Of a stretch of 64,000 bases of DNA, positions 7,924-16,966 are shown piece after piece (within the stretch, counting starts at the first letter, position 1; each line of letters starts with the position of its first letter). Under the pieces are notes generated by a model. The model did not search any database and was not told the DNA's origin. It saw nothing but the letters and a program-made list of their open reading frames with translations. The stretch covers positions 13,300-77,299 of the forward strand of contig JAJZIM010000004.1 of assembly GCA_021810565.1 (NCBI GenBank), in the 5' to 3' direction. The translations under genes and the position numbers were made by a program. Origin of the DNA: Bacillota bacterium (lineage in GTDB: Bacteria; Bacillota; Sulfobacillia; JAJZIM01).

Positions 7924-10151
7924 GGCTGCTCGGTGCCTCCACCACCGGTATCCGGCGGAAGGATGTCATCCCATGGGTGGCCGCTGGGCGGGGCGTCTTC
8001 GGCGGACGGGGCAGCTCCCGCCTCCCCGTTCGCGGCGGCATCCTGCGCCGGATCGGTCCCAGGCGCCTGTTCCCCGGCACCCCCGGCGAACCCCGAACCG
8101 GCCCCGGAGCCCGCGCCAGCCGCGTCGTCAAAACCCGCATCAGGTTCGGGTTCCTGTCCGTCGTCTGGCGCACCACTCCCGGCACCGCCCCACCGGCCCA
8201 TGAAGATGCCGTTGCGCGGCGGGGAGTTCACCTTCACAGGCTGGCCGGCCTGCATGGTGATGTAGCCATCATCCCCCTGCCAATAGGGGTTGTGGCGCTT
8301 GAACATGCCCCCGATGACCGCCTCCGCCCGTTGCTGGTCGGCCTTGGGCACCCAGAACGAGTCCCCGTGCTCCCGCACGTCGAACCCCGCGGTGCGCAGG
8401 TCCCGCACTGCCCGTTCCCGCACGCCGCCCGGAGCGCGCCAGCCGGCGTACTCCTGATCCGCACCGTCCGCATCCCGCATGCGCACCGTGCGCCCCGCGG
8501 GACGCACCACGCTGTTCTGCGCCGATTTCTTGGCCGCATCGTGGTGCTTCGAGGCATCCATGAGATCCCTTACGGCGCCAATCCCGCCGTCGTAGTCACG
8601 CTCCGCCCCGGCCTTCAGTCCGTCACCGAGGGATTTGGCCGTATGACCGAATGTCTTGACCGCGGCACCCGCCGCCATGATCTCCGGTTGGCCGGTGGCC
8701 ATGCCCACCACGCTCAACACGGTGCCCGCTATGCCACCAGCCTTCTCCAGGAAACTGCCGGCCTGATCCGCGCCCATCAACAGCGGGTTCAGGAACCACT
8801 TGAGCATGGGGATGGTCCAGAACATTATCAGAACCACCACCAGGACAGTCAGCACGGCGAAGTCCACGAATAGAGAGCCGAAACCAACCCCTATCTCGGT
8901 GCCGAGCACGGTGGCATGGGCCATGACCAGCCACGCGATGCCGATGAGCACCGGCACGAAGGCCGCACGCGCCAGGAGCAGCAAGTACCCCAGCGCGCGC
9001 ATGTAGTCCTTGGCCAGCGCCCCCCACGCGATCATCAGGGGAGAGATCACCCCGAACAACACGATAGTCAGAAACGCCCAGAGGGCGAAGTACGCCACCA
9101 CGAAGGCCAGCAGCACCAGACCGATGGAGATCAGGACAGGGCTGTTCAATCCGATGGTCATCCCGGCCAGGGTGAGCATTGCCGCCCCCGCAGAGGTGCC
9201 AGTGCCTGTCACCGAGGGGGCCCAGTGGGTGAACAGCGCATCCGTCACTCCATTGGAGAACCGTATGGCCATATCCGTGAGCCCCAGGCTGTAGTACATG
9301 GCGATGAAGGTGACGCCCATCGTCACGAGCCTGGGCACCAGGCCGGGGGGCTTGCCGCGGGTAACGGAAATCAGGTGGAGCACCAGCACGAACAGCCAGA
9401 ACAGCAGCCCCAGCACCAGGAACGCGCCCCAGAAGGAGTACACAGTACCCCCGAAGGCCGTGCCGAGGTAGGGCATGTGCAGGATCATGGCGATCATCCC
9501 GCTCAGGCCCTGAAGCAGCCCGCCCAACCAGCCGATGATGATGCCGTTCACTACGGCCACCAGCTCCTTCGCCAGGAGTGCAACCACCTGCTGCGGGATC
9601 GAGGTGATGTCGTTGACCAGCGCGTTGAAATAGCATGCCAGGTTCACCCCGCAGCCGCTGATCGTGTTCCCGCCGGTGGGCGACTGTACCGTCCGCACGG
9701 TGCCCTTGGGCACGTAGCCCTTGGACGTGTAGTCGCCCTGCAAAAAGGTCACCGTCTGAGCGGCCCCGCCAAAGGAGAACGTCACAGTATCTGTGCTGGG
9801 ATCGAGCGGCTGATAGGAATAGTTGGCCACGCCGCCCACCATGGGTACGTTTACGCGGAACGTCTTCGTCTTCGCGTCGGGGCCTGGCGGGGTGTGCTCA
9901 GACACCACCACCGTCACCGGGCCGCTCAGCAGGTTTTGCGGACCGGCGGCCACGATGCGGAACGATGCCGATCCGGCGGGATTCCGAAGGTGGCCGTTGA
10001 GCCCCGTGGAAAAGCCGTCACTGATGCTGAGGCTTACATTTCCCCCGAACGCGAAGTGGGCCATAAACATGCCTGCCGTGCCCATAACGGCAATGGTGGC
10101 CACGACGGCCTTCACGGCAAGCTGCAATGTGGACCAGGCGAACCTGCGCAC
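7920..10151 (-). CDS. large polytopic membrane protein (VirB6/TrbL-like candidate)
   Basis: Signal/TM segment, ~200 aa extracytoplasmic domain, about 8-10 TM helices, then a long hydrophilic Gly/Ala/Asp-rich tail. Start set at the GTG preceded by GGGGGGTGG. Confidence 0.6.
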   Translation of the reverse strand: MRRFAWSTLQLAVKAVVATIAVMGTAGMFMAHFAFGGNVSLSISDGFSTGLNGHLRNPAGSASFRIVAAGPQNLLSGPVTVVVSEHTPPGPDAKTKTFRVNVPMVGGVANYSYQPLDPSTDTVTFSFGGAAQTVTFLQGDYTSKGYVPKGTVRTVQSPTGGNTISGCGVNLACYFNALVNDITSIPQQVVALLAKELVAVVNGIIIGWLGGLLQGLSGMIAMILHMPYLGTAFGGTVYSFWGAFLVLGLLFWLFVLVLHLISVTRGKPPGLVPRLVTMGVTFIAMYYSLGLTDMAIRFSNGVTDALFTHWAPSVTGTGTSAGAAMLTLAGMTIGLNSPVLISIGLVLLAFVVAYFALWAFLTIVLFGVISPLMIAWGALAKDYMRALGYLLLLARAAFVPVLIGIAWLVMAHATVLGTEIGVGFGSLFVDFAVLTVLVVVLIMFWTIPMLKWFLNPLLMGADQAGSFLEKAGGIAGTVLSVVGMATGQPEIMAAGAAVKTFGHTAKSLGDGLKAGAERDYDGGIGAVRDLMDASKHHDAAKKSAQNSVVRPAGRTVRMRDADGADQEYAGWRAPGGVRERAVRDLRTAGFDVREHGDSFWVPKADQQRAEAVIGGMFKRHNPYWQGDDGYITMQAGQPVKVNSPPRNGIFMGRWGGAGSGAPDDGQEPEPDAGFDDAAGAGSGAGSGFAGGAGEQAPGTDPAQDAAANGEAGAAPSAEDAPPSGHPWDDILPPDTGGGGTEQP

Positions 10152-10217
10152 CCCGCACCACCCCCCATGAAAAGGCCCCGAGCCCAACGGCCCGGGGCCC
10201 CGTGACGCCCAGCAGGA

Positions 10218-10682
10218 TCAGGAACCGGATGCCCCGGAACTCGGATGCACCACGTTGCCGGCGTTGGTAAGCAGATGGAACAGCGATCCGTCGAAGATCA
10301 TCACCCCGATGACGATGGACGCCGCGAGCTCGATGAAGGAGATCAAATCCCCGCCCCGGAAGCTCGCCTTGCCGAGGGCCACGTTGATGCCGTGCCGCAG
10401 GAACCCGTACATGCCGAGCACGAACAGGACGATGGACAGGATCGCGAGCCCCGGCAACCCCAGCGGCACGATGATGAAGTTGAGGAAGAAGGTCACCAGC
10501 GGGTTGCTCATCGCCTGGGAAGGCGTGAAGTCCTGGGACGGAATGCCCGTGGTCGTTTGGGCCAGCGCCACGGCGGCGGTGATCAGGACGAGGCCTCCGC
10601 CCAGGCCCACCACCCGCGGCAGCATGTACATCCGCAGCAGCAGGCCCTCCAGGAAATCGTGGGTCTTGAGCATCATTGCCAC
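10218..10682 (-). CDS. pilin-like small membrane protein (TrbC/VirB2-like candidate)
   Basis: Long leader ending AVALA|QTT (AxA site), then two hydrophobic helices. Strong RBS GGAGGTGAG. Confidence 0.5.
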   Translation of the reverse strand: MAMMLKTHDFLEGLLLRMYMLPRVVGLGGGLVLITAAVALAQTTTGIPSQDFTPSQAMSNPLVTFFLNFIIVPLGLPGLAILSIVLFVLGMYGFLRHGINVALGKASFRGGDLISFIELAASIVIGVMIFDGSLFHLLTNAGNVVHPSSGASGS

Positions 10683-10747
10683 TCACCTCCTTCCGGTTAC
10701 AGATTAAGCATCCCACCCGGCCAAACTCTGCGCAATAGGTTGGTGCG

Positions 10748-11020
10748 CTACGACGCAACCTTGTTGCGCAGCGTGTTCAGTTGTCCCGGCAACAGCTTGA
10801 CCTCGCCATGCACCCATGGTGCGGATCTCGCCCACTCCTCCTTGATCCACCCCCAGGCCGCCAGGGCGGGAGCGTGGATGCCGGGCAGGAACCGCCATGC
10901 GAAGTAGGCCACAAGGCCCAGCACCAGCAGGGTGGCGGCGGTGTGTACCAGCCAGCGGACGAGCGACAGGATCAGTGCCACAGCCACCAGACCGACGACG
11001 ACGGTGATCACCCAGAACAT
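10748..11020 (-). CDS. small membrane protein
   Basis: 90 aa, two TM helices, RBS GGGGGAGG. Confidence 0.55.
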   Translation of the reverse strand: MFWVITVVVGLVAVALILSLVRWLVHTAATLLVLGLVAYFAWRFLPGIHAPALAAWGWIKEEWARSAPWVHGEVKLLPGQLNTLRNKVAS

Positions 11021-11544
11021 TTCTTGCTACCTCCCCCAGAAAGCCGCCGCGCCAGGGCACCCTCGCGCGCGCGCAGCATCCATCCGACACTACCAGCTAC
11101 GAGAGCTCCCGCCGGCTCGAACAGTTTGACCCCCCAGAGGAGCAGTTCAATCGTCAGGCCACCCCCCGCCGCCGCTCCGAACAGGAAGACGTCCATCGCG
11201 CCTACGGGCACTGGGGCGGCAAGGTGCCTCCAAAGCGGAGTGGTCACGCTGTACAGCCCCGGCGCCCATGTAAACATGGCTAGGCACGCGGCGACTACCA
11301 AGGCCGCCCGGCGTTCCAGGGTATACCGGAGCATGAAGCCCAACAGGAACAGGGGGGACAGGACGGCCACGAACCACGCTCCGGCCATGAAGCCGATCCC
11401 GAGTTCGCCCGTCGGCCCGGATACGGCAATGCCCACCAGCAGGACCGCCGCCAGCACCAGAATGATGCTGCGCCAAAGCATGGCCCGGGTCCATTCCGAG
11501 ATGTTGCATAGGGGCAACACTTGATCCTCGAAAAACCTCGTCAT
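11008..11544 (-). CDS. polytopic membrane protein
   Basis: The hydrophobic C-terminal 178 aa of track ORF 11008..12027. Start set at ATG 11544 after GAGGAGGTGA. The upstream part of the track ORF overlaps the RNA ligase gene and is Arg/Trp-rich junk. Confidence 0.6.
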   Translation of the reverse strand: MTRFFEDQVLPLCNISEWTRAMLWRSIILVLAAVLLVGIAVSGPTGELGIGFMAGAWFVAVLSPLFLLGFMLRYTLERRAALVVAACLAMFTWAPGLYSVTTPLWRHLAAPVPVGAMDVFLFGAAAGGGLTIELLLWGVKLFEPAGALVAGSVGWMLRAREGALARRLSGGGSKKCSG

Positions 11545-11557
11545 TGCGATCACCTCC

Positions 11558-12280
11558 TCAGACATAGCGTTCATGAAATTGGTTCCACACCGGCTCTCCG
11601 CCCGAAATCTCTGGCAGGTACTTGCCGTCCACCTTGTCCGGACGGACGTACTTCGCCAGAAAGTCCACCTTGCCGCGCCGCTCCACCCGCCACACGGCGC
11701 CCTCCACAGGATCGACGGCCCCGTGGCCACCGCCATCCGCCAGCCGGCGCAGCGCCTCCTCCACCGGGCACGGCGCCGCCGCGGCGTGGAGCACGTTCGG
11801 CGCCACGAACCGGCCACGTGTCCGTGCCCAGAACTCCTCCCGTGGCGCCCGCTCCATGCCGTTGCGCAGGATATCGAGCGCCACGAACGGCTCGTGCGGC
11901 AGGTTGTATCGCGTGCCGTGGGCCAGGGCCAGCCATTCACCCGCCAGCCGCTCCTCCTCCCGCAGCACGGCGTCGAAGCGGTCGATGTTCTCCCGCGCCC
12001 ATGCGGCGAACAGGCGCAGGTGTTCAAAGCGGGCGCTTTCGGCGGGATACCCGGCGCGGATCAGCGGGATCAGGGCGCCGCCCACCCGGGCCACGCAGAC
12101 GTTGGCACCGTCCAGCTTTTCCTCGACCACCAGGAAATCGTGGCGGTCCCGCACCTTCCCGCAGCAGATCCGCGCCTGGCCGTCGGTGATCCGGTGGTCT
12201 CCCGGCCCCAGGCGGCTCCCCGGCAGATGCCCGATGGAGCCGTAGGCCTTGCCCCCGAGGGGCTTGACCGCCTTGTCCAT
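11558..12280 (-). CDS. ATP-dependent RNA ligase-family nucleotidyltransferase
   Basis: Motif I EEKLDGANV, motif III LAGEWL, motif IV VEGAVWRV, motif V DFLAKYVRPD. RBS GGAGGTGA. Confidence 0.75.
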   Translation of the reverse strand: MDKAVKPLGGKAYGSIGHLPGSRLGPGDHRITDGQARICCGKVRDRHDFLVVEEKLDGANVCVARVGGALIPLIRAGYPAESARFEHLRLFAAWARENIDRFDAVLREEERLAGEWLALAHGTRYNLPHEPFVALDILRNGMERAPREEFWARTRGRFVAPNVLHAAAAPCPVEEALRRLADGGGHGAVDPVEGAVWRVERRGKVDFLAKYVRPDKVDGKYLPEISGGEPVWNQFHERYV

Positions 12281-12289
12281 GAAAAGTCG

Positions 12290-12853
12290 TCACCTCCGTT
12301 CCACCGCCAGCACCTGGGCCGCGTAGCCCCACCGCCACGCCGCCCGGTTCGGCCCGTCGTGGTAGCGCTCCAGGGCGGCCCGCCAGGAGCCGTACTGCCG
12401 ATGGTACTGCGCCAACTTCCGCGCCGCCCACATGATGCCGAACCGCGGGTGCCCGTAGCTCGGCCAGGCCCCCTTGGGATGCCATTTCGTGTCAATTTGG
12501 GATATGCCGACATCCCACATACCGGGCGCATTGACCCGGATATCCCTCGGATTCCACCGGGACTCCACCCAGCCCTGGGCGGCCAACAGCCTCCATGGAA
12601 CGCCATACCTGGCTCCCGCCACCTGGTAGATGGCCCGGTAGGGATCGCGCCCGGCACCGCCCCGGCTGGTCAGCCCCAGGGAATGGACCACAGGATGCCG
12701 TCGCGCCACGACCGCCACCAGGCGCGGCGCGGAATGCGCCTTGGGCGCCGGCGCGTGGACCGGAGCTGCCGCCCCCCACCACCCAATCTGCCCGGCCGCG
12801 AGAAGCGCCGCCACGGTCAGCAGCCCCCTCGCGCCGGGCCGGGGACGGTTCAC
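12290..12853 (-). CDS. lytic transglycosylase (SLT domain, VirB1-like)
   Basis: AQGWVESRWNP ... GMWDVGISQI ... Y motifs. Signal-like N-terminus. GTG start overlaps the upstream stop (GTGA). Confidence 0.8.
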   Translation of the reverse strand: MNRPRPGARGLLTVAALLAAGQIGWWGAAAPVHAPAPKAHSAPRLVAVVARRHPVVHSLGLTSRGGAGRDPYRAIYQVAGARYGVPWRLLAAQGWVESRWNPRDIRVNAPGMWDVGISQIDTKWHPKGAWPSYGHPRFGIMWAARKLAQYHRQYGSWRAALERYHDGPNRAAWRWGYAAQVLAVERR

Positions 12854-13176
12854 GATGGGGTCTCCCGTTCCGGCTTCCCAGCGTCGGTCTTCGAGGAACC
12901 GGCATTGGAGAACAGCGCCGCCACCAAGCCCAGGAGCACCACCGTCCCTCCCGTACCCGCCAGGAACGCCGTGCCGAACTGCCGAAACTGCCACAAATAC
13001 AGATAGCCCAGGTGGACCGCCTCGCGGCCTGCCATGCCGGCCACCAGCACAGTGGCCGCCGCGCCCAGGACGACGAGCAACGGGCCTCCGGGCTGCAGGG
13101 CGACCCCGGCCATCGCGCAGACGACCGCCGTGACCGTCAGGGCGCCCGCGATGACACCGGCTAGGATCAGCAACAT
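12850..13176 (-). CDS. small membrane protein
   Basis: 108 aa, 3 TM helices, ATG at 13176 after GGGAGATGG. Confidence 0.55.
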   Translation of the reverse strand: MLLILAGVIAGALTVTAVVCAMAGVALQPGGPLLVVLGAAATVLVAGMAGREAVHLGYLYLWQFRQFGTAFLAGTGGTVVLLGLVAALFSNAGSSKTDAGKPERETPS

Positions 13177-13366
13177 GATGCACCATCTCCCTTCATGAAT
13201 GGGACTCGTTCCGACGGTCTTCCCAACGGCGACGGAACGACCGGCGCCTCGACGCCGCGGCCTCACACCGCCGCAAGCCGGCGAAGAACAGCGTCGTGTT
13301 GGCCGCCGTCGCGGGCACCACCAGAAGCGCGTACTGCCACCGACGCCGCCATGTAGACCAGGCCGA

Positions 13367-13636
13367 TCATGGGATCGGCCTCGTTTCGGTAGTCTTGATC
13401 AACCTTGGCTCAACCCTGATCAGCCCCCCCACCGCCAGCACCGCCAGCACGGCGGCTGCGGAGACATACACCACCGTGCCCCGCGGCTCCTCGGAAATGA
13501 ACCGTCCTTGCACACCCGGAAGCACGTTTATGGGTTCCGTGAGATCCCGCCCGGGCACGACCACCAGCATTTCCGCCCGCGGCCCGTCCTCCTCGATGGC
13601 CCTACGGGCCTTGGCCGCCATTTCCTCCGGTGTCAT
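13367..13636 (-). CDS. hypothetical protein with C-terminal TM anchor
   Basis: ORF-track frame. Start moved to ATG 13636 (GGAGG upstream). No recognisable family. Confidence 0.4.
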   Translation of the reverse strand: MTPEEMAAKARRAIEEDGPRAEMLVVVPGRDLTEPINVLPGVQGRFISEEPRGTVVYVSAAAVLAVLAVGGLIRVEPRLIKTTETRPIP

Positions 13637-13704
13637 TTTATTTGGTCGCCTCCTTTTCAACGGGGGAGGGGCAGCTTTCGGACCGGCCGCCGCCATTCCG
13701 GCGG

Positions 13705-13971
13705 TCACAGCCTCCCGATCCGGGCGCTGCCGCGGACGCGGCAGCGGGGGCATACCCAGCCGTGTCGGCGGGTCAATGACCAGCCCTCGTTCCGCCACCT
13801 CCGAATGGCCGTCCGCTTGGCGGGTTTGGAGCTTGCACCCGAGATTGCCTCATAGCTACACAACGCACACGCGATTTGATAGGCCGTAAGAATCTTGCCT
13901 TGCCACGGATACCTCTCGATTTTGCCCACCTCCCCGAACGGACCGCGAGTACCCCGCAGCATCATCGGCAT
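13705..13971 (-). CDS. hypothetical small Cys-containing protein
   Basis: 88 aa with CALC ... CPRC, a possible zinc ribbon. Confidence 0.4.
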   Translation of the reverse strand: MPMMLRGTRGPFGEVGKIERYPWQGKILTAYQIACALCSYEAISGASSKPAKRTAIRRWRNEGWSLTRRHGWVCPRCRVRGSARIGRL

Positions 13972-13992
13972 CGCAATCCGCCGACGCCCGGC

Positions 13993-14523
13993 TCAGCCAT
14001 ACCACAGGAAGACCACCAGGCGGTCCGCGGTGCAAAATTGGCATACGGTGCGCCCATGGTAAATGTACGACGCGGACGGCGCACCCCTCTCCCCCCGCGG
14101 GAGCGTCGCCACTCCGACGGACACCTCCCGGGCCCGCAGCAGCGCCTTGTCCTTGCGACCGGTCAAACCGGTCAGCATGGCCAGGACCTTCATGGCGAAC
14201 TTCGCGGGCGGTGTACCGCTGAAGTTGGCCGAGGGAGGGCGCAGCATGATGACGTGCCACCCGGGGGGTGTGAACCCCGGACCCGCCGCGCTCAAGCCCG
14301 GCGACGTCGCGTACAGCGCGTAGTTGGCCGCCAGCCGCCGGGCGAGTTGCTGGGCTTGGCCGGGATTCTTGGCCGCCGGCCACCCGAATAACGCCCGCTG
14401 CCTCTGCAGTGCGGAGAACACCGCCGCCCGGTCGGCCGCGTCGGAGGGCCTGGGCCCCCCGCAACCCGCCAGCGCCGCCACCACGCCGACCACCACGAAA
14501 ATTCCCGCCAGCCGCGTCAGCAT
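13993..14523 (-). CDS. lipoprotein, function unknown
   Basis: Lipobox VAALAGC. RBS GGAGGTG 8 nt before ATG 14523. Confidence 0.6.
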   Translation of the reverse strand: MLTRLAGIFVVVGVVAALAGCGGPRPSDAADRAAVFSALQRQRALFGWPAAKNPGQAQQLARRLAANYALYATSPGLSAAGPGFTPPGWHVIMLRPPSANFSGTPPAKFAMKVLAMLTGLTGRKDKALLRAREVSVGVATLPRGERGAPSASYIYHGRTVCQFCTADRLVVFLWYG

Positions 14524-14816
14524 CTGCGAAACACCTCCACTCCACATCCCCGGCTTAAAATGCACCGCCCGCCGCAGTCCTGGCTGGCGCAGGTGATGTA
14601 ACTCGATCCGGGCAGCCGATGGACGAACATCGCCGCCACTCCCGCGGCCTCACCCAGCGCCAGCAGGGCGCCCAGGGCGTTTGGGTAGTGCCGGGGAGCT
14701 TGGCCGGGCAAAACGAGTTCCCAATGCGTCTCGTAGTCATCCCGACGCGAATAGGACACCGGCAAGTGGGACACCCGTCCTTCCGGGCCATCGTAAACAA
14801 CCACATCACGCACCAC
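14517..14816 (-). CDS. hypothetical protein
   Basis: GTG start after AAGGGAGG. Only the C-terminal 99 aa of the track ORF look protein-like. Confidence 0.45.
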   Translation of the reverse strand: MVRDVVVYDGPEGRVSHLPVSYSRRDDYETHWELVLPGQAPRHYPNALGALLALGEAAGVAAMFVHRLPGSSYITCASQDCGGRCILSRGCGVEVFRRC

Positions 14817-15081
14817 GCATGCCTCCCTTGCCCACCATAATTTCCCGTTTGTTTCGGGAGGCCTTGCGCAGACGTGAACGCGCCCCCCGCGCCCGCAACA
14901 GGGCTTCCGGCGTCTCGCCGACTGCCTCCAGAAGCTGGCGCACCAAGGGAGACTCCTGCAATTCGAGCTGGGCCGCACGCCGCACCGCGGCGGACGTGGA
15001 TGACAGGTCGCTCGCAAGGGACACGAGCAGCGCCCAGCCAAGCAGTTCCAGCCCCTGGTCATTCACGCGCACGCGCGGCAT
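14806..15081 (-). CDS. hypothetical protein
   Basis: 91 aa helical protein immediately downstream of the IscB element. Confidence 0.45.
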   Translation of the reverse strand: MPRVRVNDQGLELLGWALLVSLASDLSSTSAAVRRAAQLELQESPLVRQLLEAVGETPEALLRARGARSRLRKASRNKREIMVGKGGMRGA

Positions 15082-15153
15082 GTCTAGGTCCCGCCCCCTG
15101 TTTGCTCAAGTTCCACGCCTTCCGCTCTCCATGCCCCCGCGAAGCCTTGCGGT

Positions 15154-16605
15154 TCAAGGCTTCGCGGGACCTACCGCCGTTGTGCTGAAGTTCACGCCCC
15201 GCTCCCGCCGTCGACGGACCACCGCGCCGGGAGACGCCTCCGCGAATCCGCGACCCGGCAGAGCCACCTTCAGGACGCCGCGAGACCTGACCCCGACCAC
15301 CCGGCCCTCCGGGACGGCGCCCTGAACCCGCACGGCCACCCAGTCACCCTTGCGGAAGGCGTTCTGGGGAGCGAACTCCCCCGCCCGGTACACCCGCCCA
15401 TCCGTCCCAAGGGCCGCATTCGCCTCCACCCGCACCCGGACACCCGTGCCGATCCGCACCCGACGGTTGAAAGATGCCCACGGCGGAAACGGGCCCTTGG
15501 GAGACAGCACCTGCGCCTTGAAGGCCTGCCGGGTCCTGGCCGTACGGCACGTGATCCTGACCGCCGTACCCCGGTACAGCACGGGCGGCCGGTCCTTGGG
15601 ATCGCGGCCGCAGGCCGCCGCATCGTTCGCGTGGGTCTTGGAAAGACCCCAAGCATCCCTGACCGCCGCCGTGTCCTTCCCGTCCACCAGCCGCGCCGGA
15701 ACCCTCAGCGCCCGCTCCAGGGAGAGCCGCAGGTAGTTCTTCCCCGCCTGGAGCCGCGCCGCGTAGCGCATGGTCCTGACAAGCTTCTTCGCCCCGCGCA
15801 TGGGCACCCTGGCCTTCTCCAGGCAGTCGGGGCACAAGAGCGCCCGGTTCACCCAGGCGTCCGTGCCGCACTCCCGCCTGGGGGTGAGATGGGCCGCCAC
15901 CACGAAGCCTTCCGCGCCGCACCGTTGGCACTTCCCCCGCTGGATCTTGTTTAGGGCCTCACGTGTGTTGCGGCTGCCCCTCTTGGGACCGTTCCCGGGG
16001 GCGATCCCCTGCATGGCCTGGGTGTCGAAGCTCCCCGTCTCCACGGTGGCCGCCGTGACCGGCGTGATCTTCCGAAAAAAAGCAGCCGCCCTGACGATCC
16101 GGTCCTTGCGGGCCTTCTGGCTGGGCGGCAGCCACGGGACGAAGTTCCTGACCTCTGCCGGTTCACTTGCGTGGGATCGACACGTGTCCGCGCCTTTGCG
16201 GGCATTCCTGCCGCACACCCGGCACTTCGTCCGGGGGCGGTTGTCCCGCCGCTCCTCCCGGTGCCCCAGGCGATAACGCCTAGCCCGACGGTAGTTCCGG
16301 CGCTGGTCCAGCTTCCTCTTCGTGTCGTTGGAGAGGTTGATCTCCCCGGCGAACACCACTGCGTCCGGTTTGACGGTTCGGTGCTGGATCACAGCCACGC
16401 CGCCCGCCTTCGCCCCGTCGTCCGTCTTGAACTCCACCTCCTGCCCCGGCCAGGGGCCGCGCCCCGACGGCTCGAACAGAAGCCGGATGGTGAACGGGGT
16501 CCGCCGGACCACCTCCGCGCGCCCGGCCTTGAGCAGCCTCCGCGCCTTGGCCGGGTGCATGGGCATCAGGGGCTGGTCGTCAGGGGCCAGAACGAAAACA
16601 CGCAT
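15154..16605 (-). CDS. iscB: IscB RNA-guided endonuclease homologue
   Basis: PLMP domain MRVFVLAPDDQPLMPMHPAKARRLLKAGRA. RuvC-I KTDDGAKAGGVAV. Bridge helix RRNYRRARRYR. RuvC-II TAATVETGSFD. HNH CQRCG..AAHL..VNRALLCPDC. RuvC-III SKTHANDAAA. C-terminal TID-like FRKGDWVAV. Start at ATG 16605. Confidence 0.85.
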   Translation of the reverse strand: MRVFVLAPDDQPLMPMHPAKARRLLKAGRAEVVRRTPFTIRLLFEPSGRGPWPGQEVEFKTDDGAKAGGVAVIQHRTVKPDAVVFAGEINLSNDTKRKLDQRRNYRRARRYRLGHREERRDNRPRTKCRVCGRNARKGADTCRSHASEPAEVRNFVPWLPPSQKARKDRIVRAAAFFRKITPVTAATVETGSFDTQAMQGIAPGNGPKRGSRNTREALNKIQRGKCQRCGAEGFVVAAHLTPRRECGTDAWVNRALLCPDCLEKARVPMRGAKKLVRTMRYAARLQAGKNYLRLSLERALRVPARLVDGKDTAAVRDAWGLSKTHANDAAACGRDPKDRPPVLYRGTAVRITCRTARTRQAFKAQVLSPKGPFPPWASFNRRVRIGTGVRVRVEANAALGTDGRVYRAGEFAPQNAFRKGDWVAVRVQGAVPEGRVVGVRSRGVLKVALPGRGFAEASPGAVVRRRRERGVNFSTTAVGPAKP

Positions 16606-16965
16606 GATGCGGGTCACTCTACTTCCCGGTGAACCAAGAATGAGGTTGTCGTGTCCCTTGCCCAACATTGCCGGAGCCTGGACCCGGATCGGTCCTCCCG
16701 CCGTGCCGTTTTCCCGTGATCTCCACGGGCTTGCCTTCCCTTCCCCCGAAAGGGTGTCGGGCGAGTCGTCTTACCCAGCGGGTCCGGGCGGGTACTGGGA
16801 GTTGTGACTACGCTTCCCTGCCGGTCTTTGGCCTTCATCGGCAATGCTGGTTCATCCTTCGCTCCGGTCGTCCCGGAGTTTCGTCACCCGGGCTGGCCCA
16901 AGTTACCGCGGTTTGACCGTCTTCAGCACAACGGACGGGCCTGAAAACCCCGCCGTTGTGCTGTT
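16606..16965 (-). ncRNA. putative omega RNA region of IscB
   Basis: Non-coding, hairpin-rich leader 5' of iscB (CAGCACAACGG/CCGTTGTGCTG, CCGTG/CACGG, CCCTT/AAGGG stems). The position matches known IscB loci. The 5' guide and exact ends were not determined. Confidence 0.45.
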
Positions 16966-16966
16966 T

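Noticed and set aside
11545-12027. N-terminal 160 codons of track ORF 11008..12027
   Set aside because: They overlap the motif-bearing RNA ligase gene in another frame and are Arg/Trp/Cys-rich. A strong RBS precedes the internal ATG at 11544.
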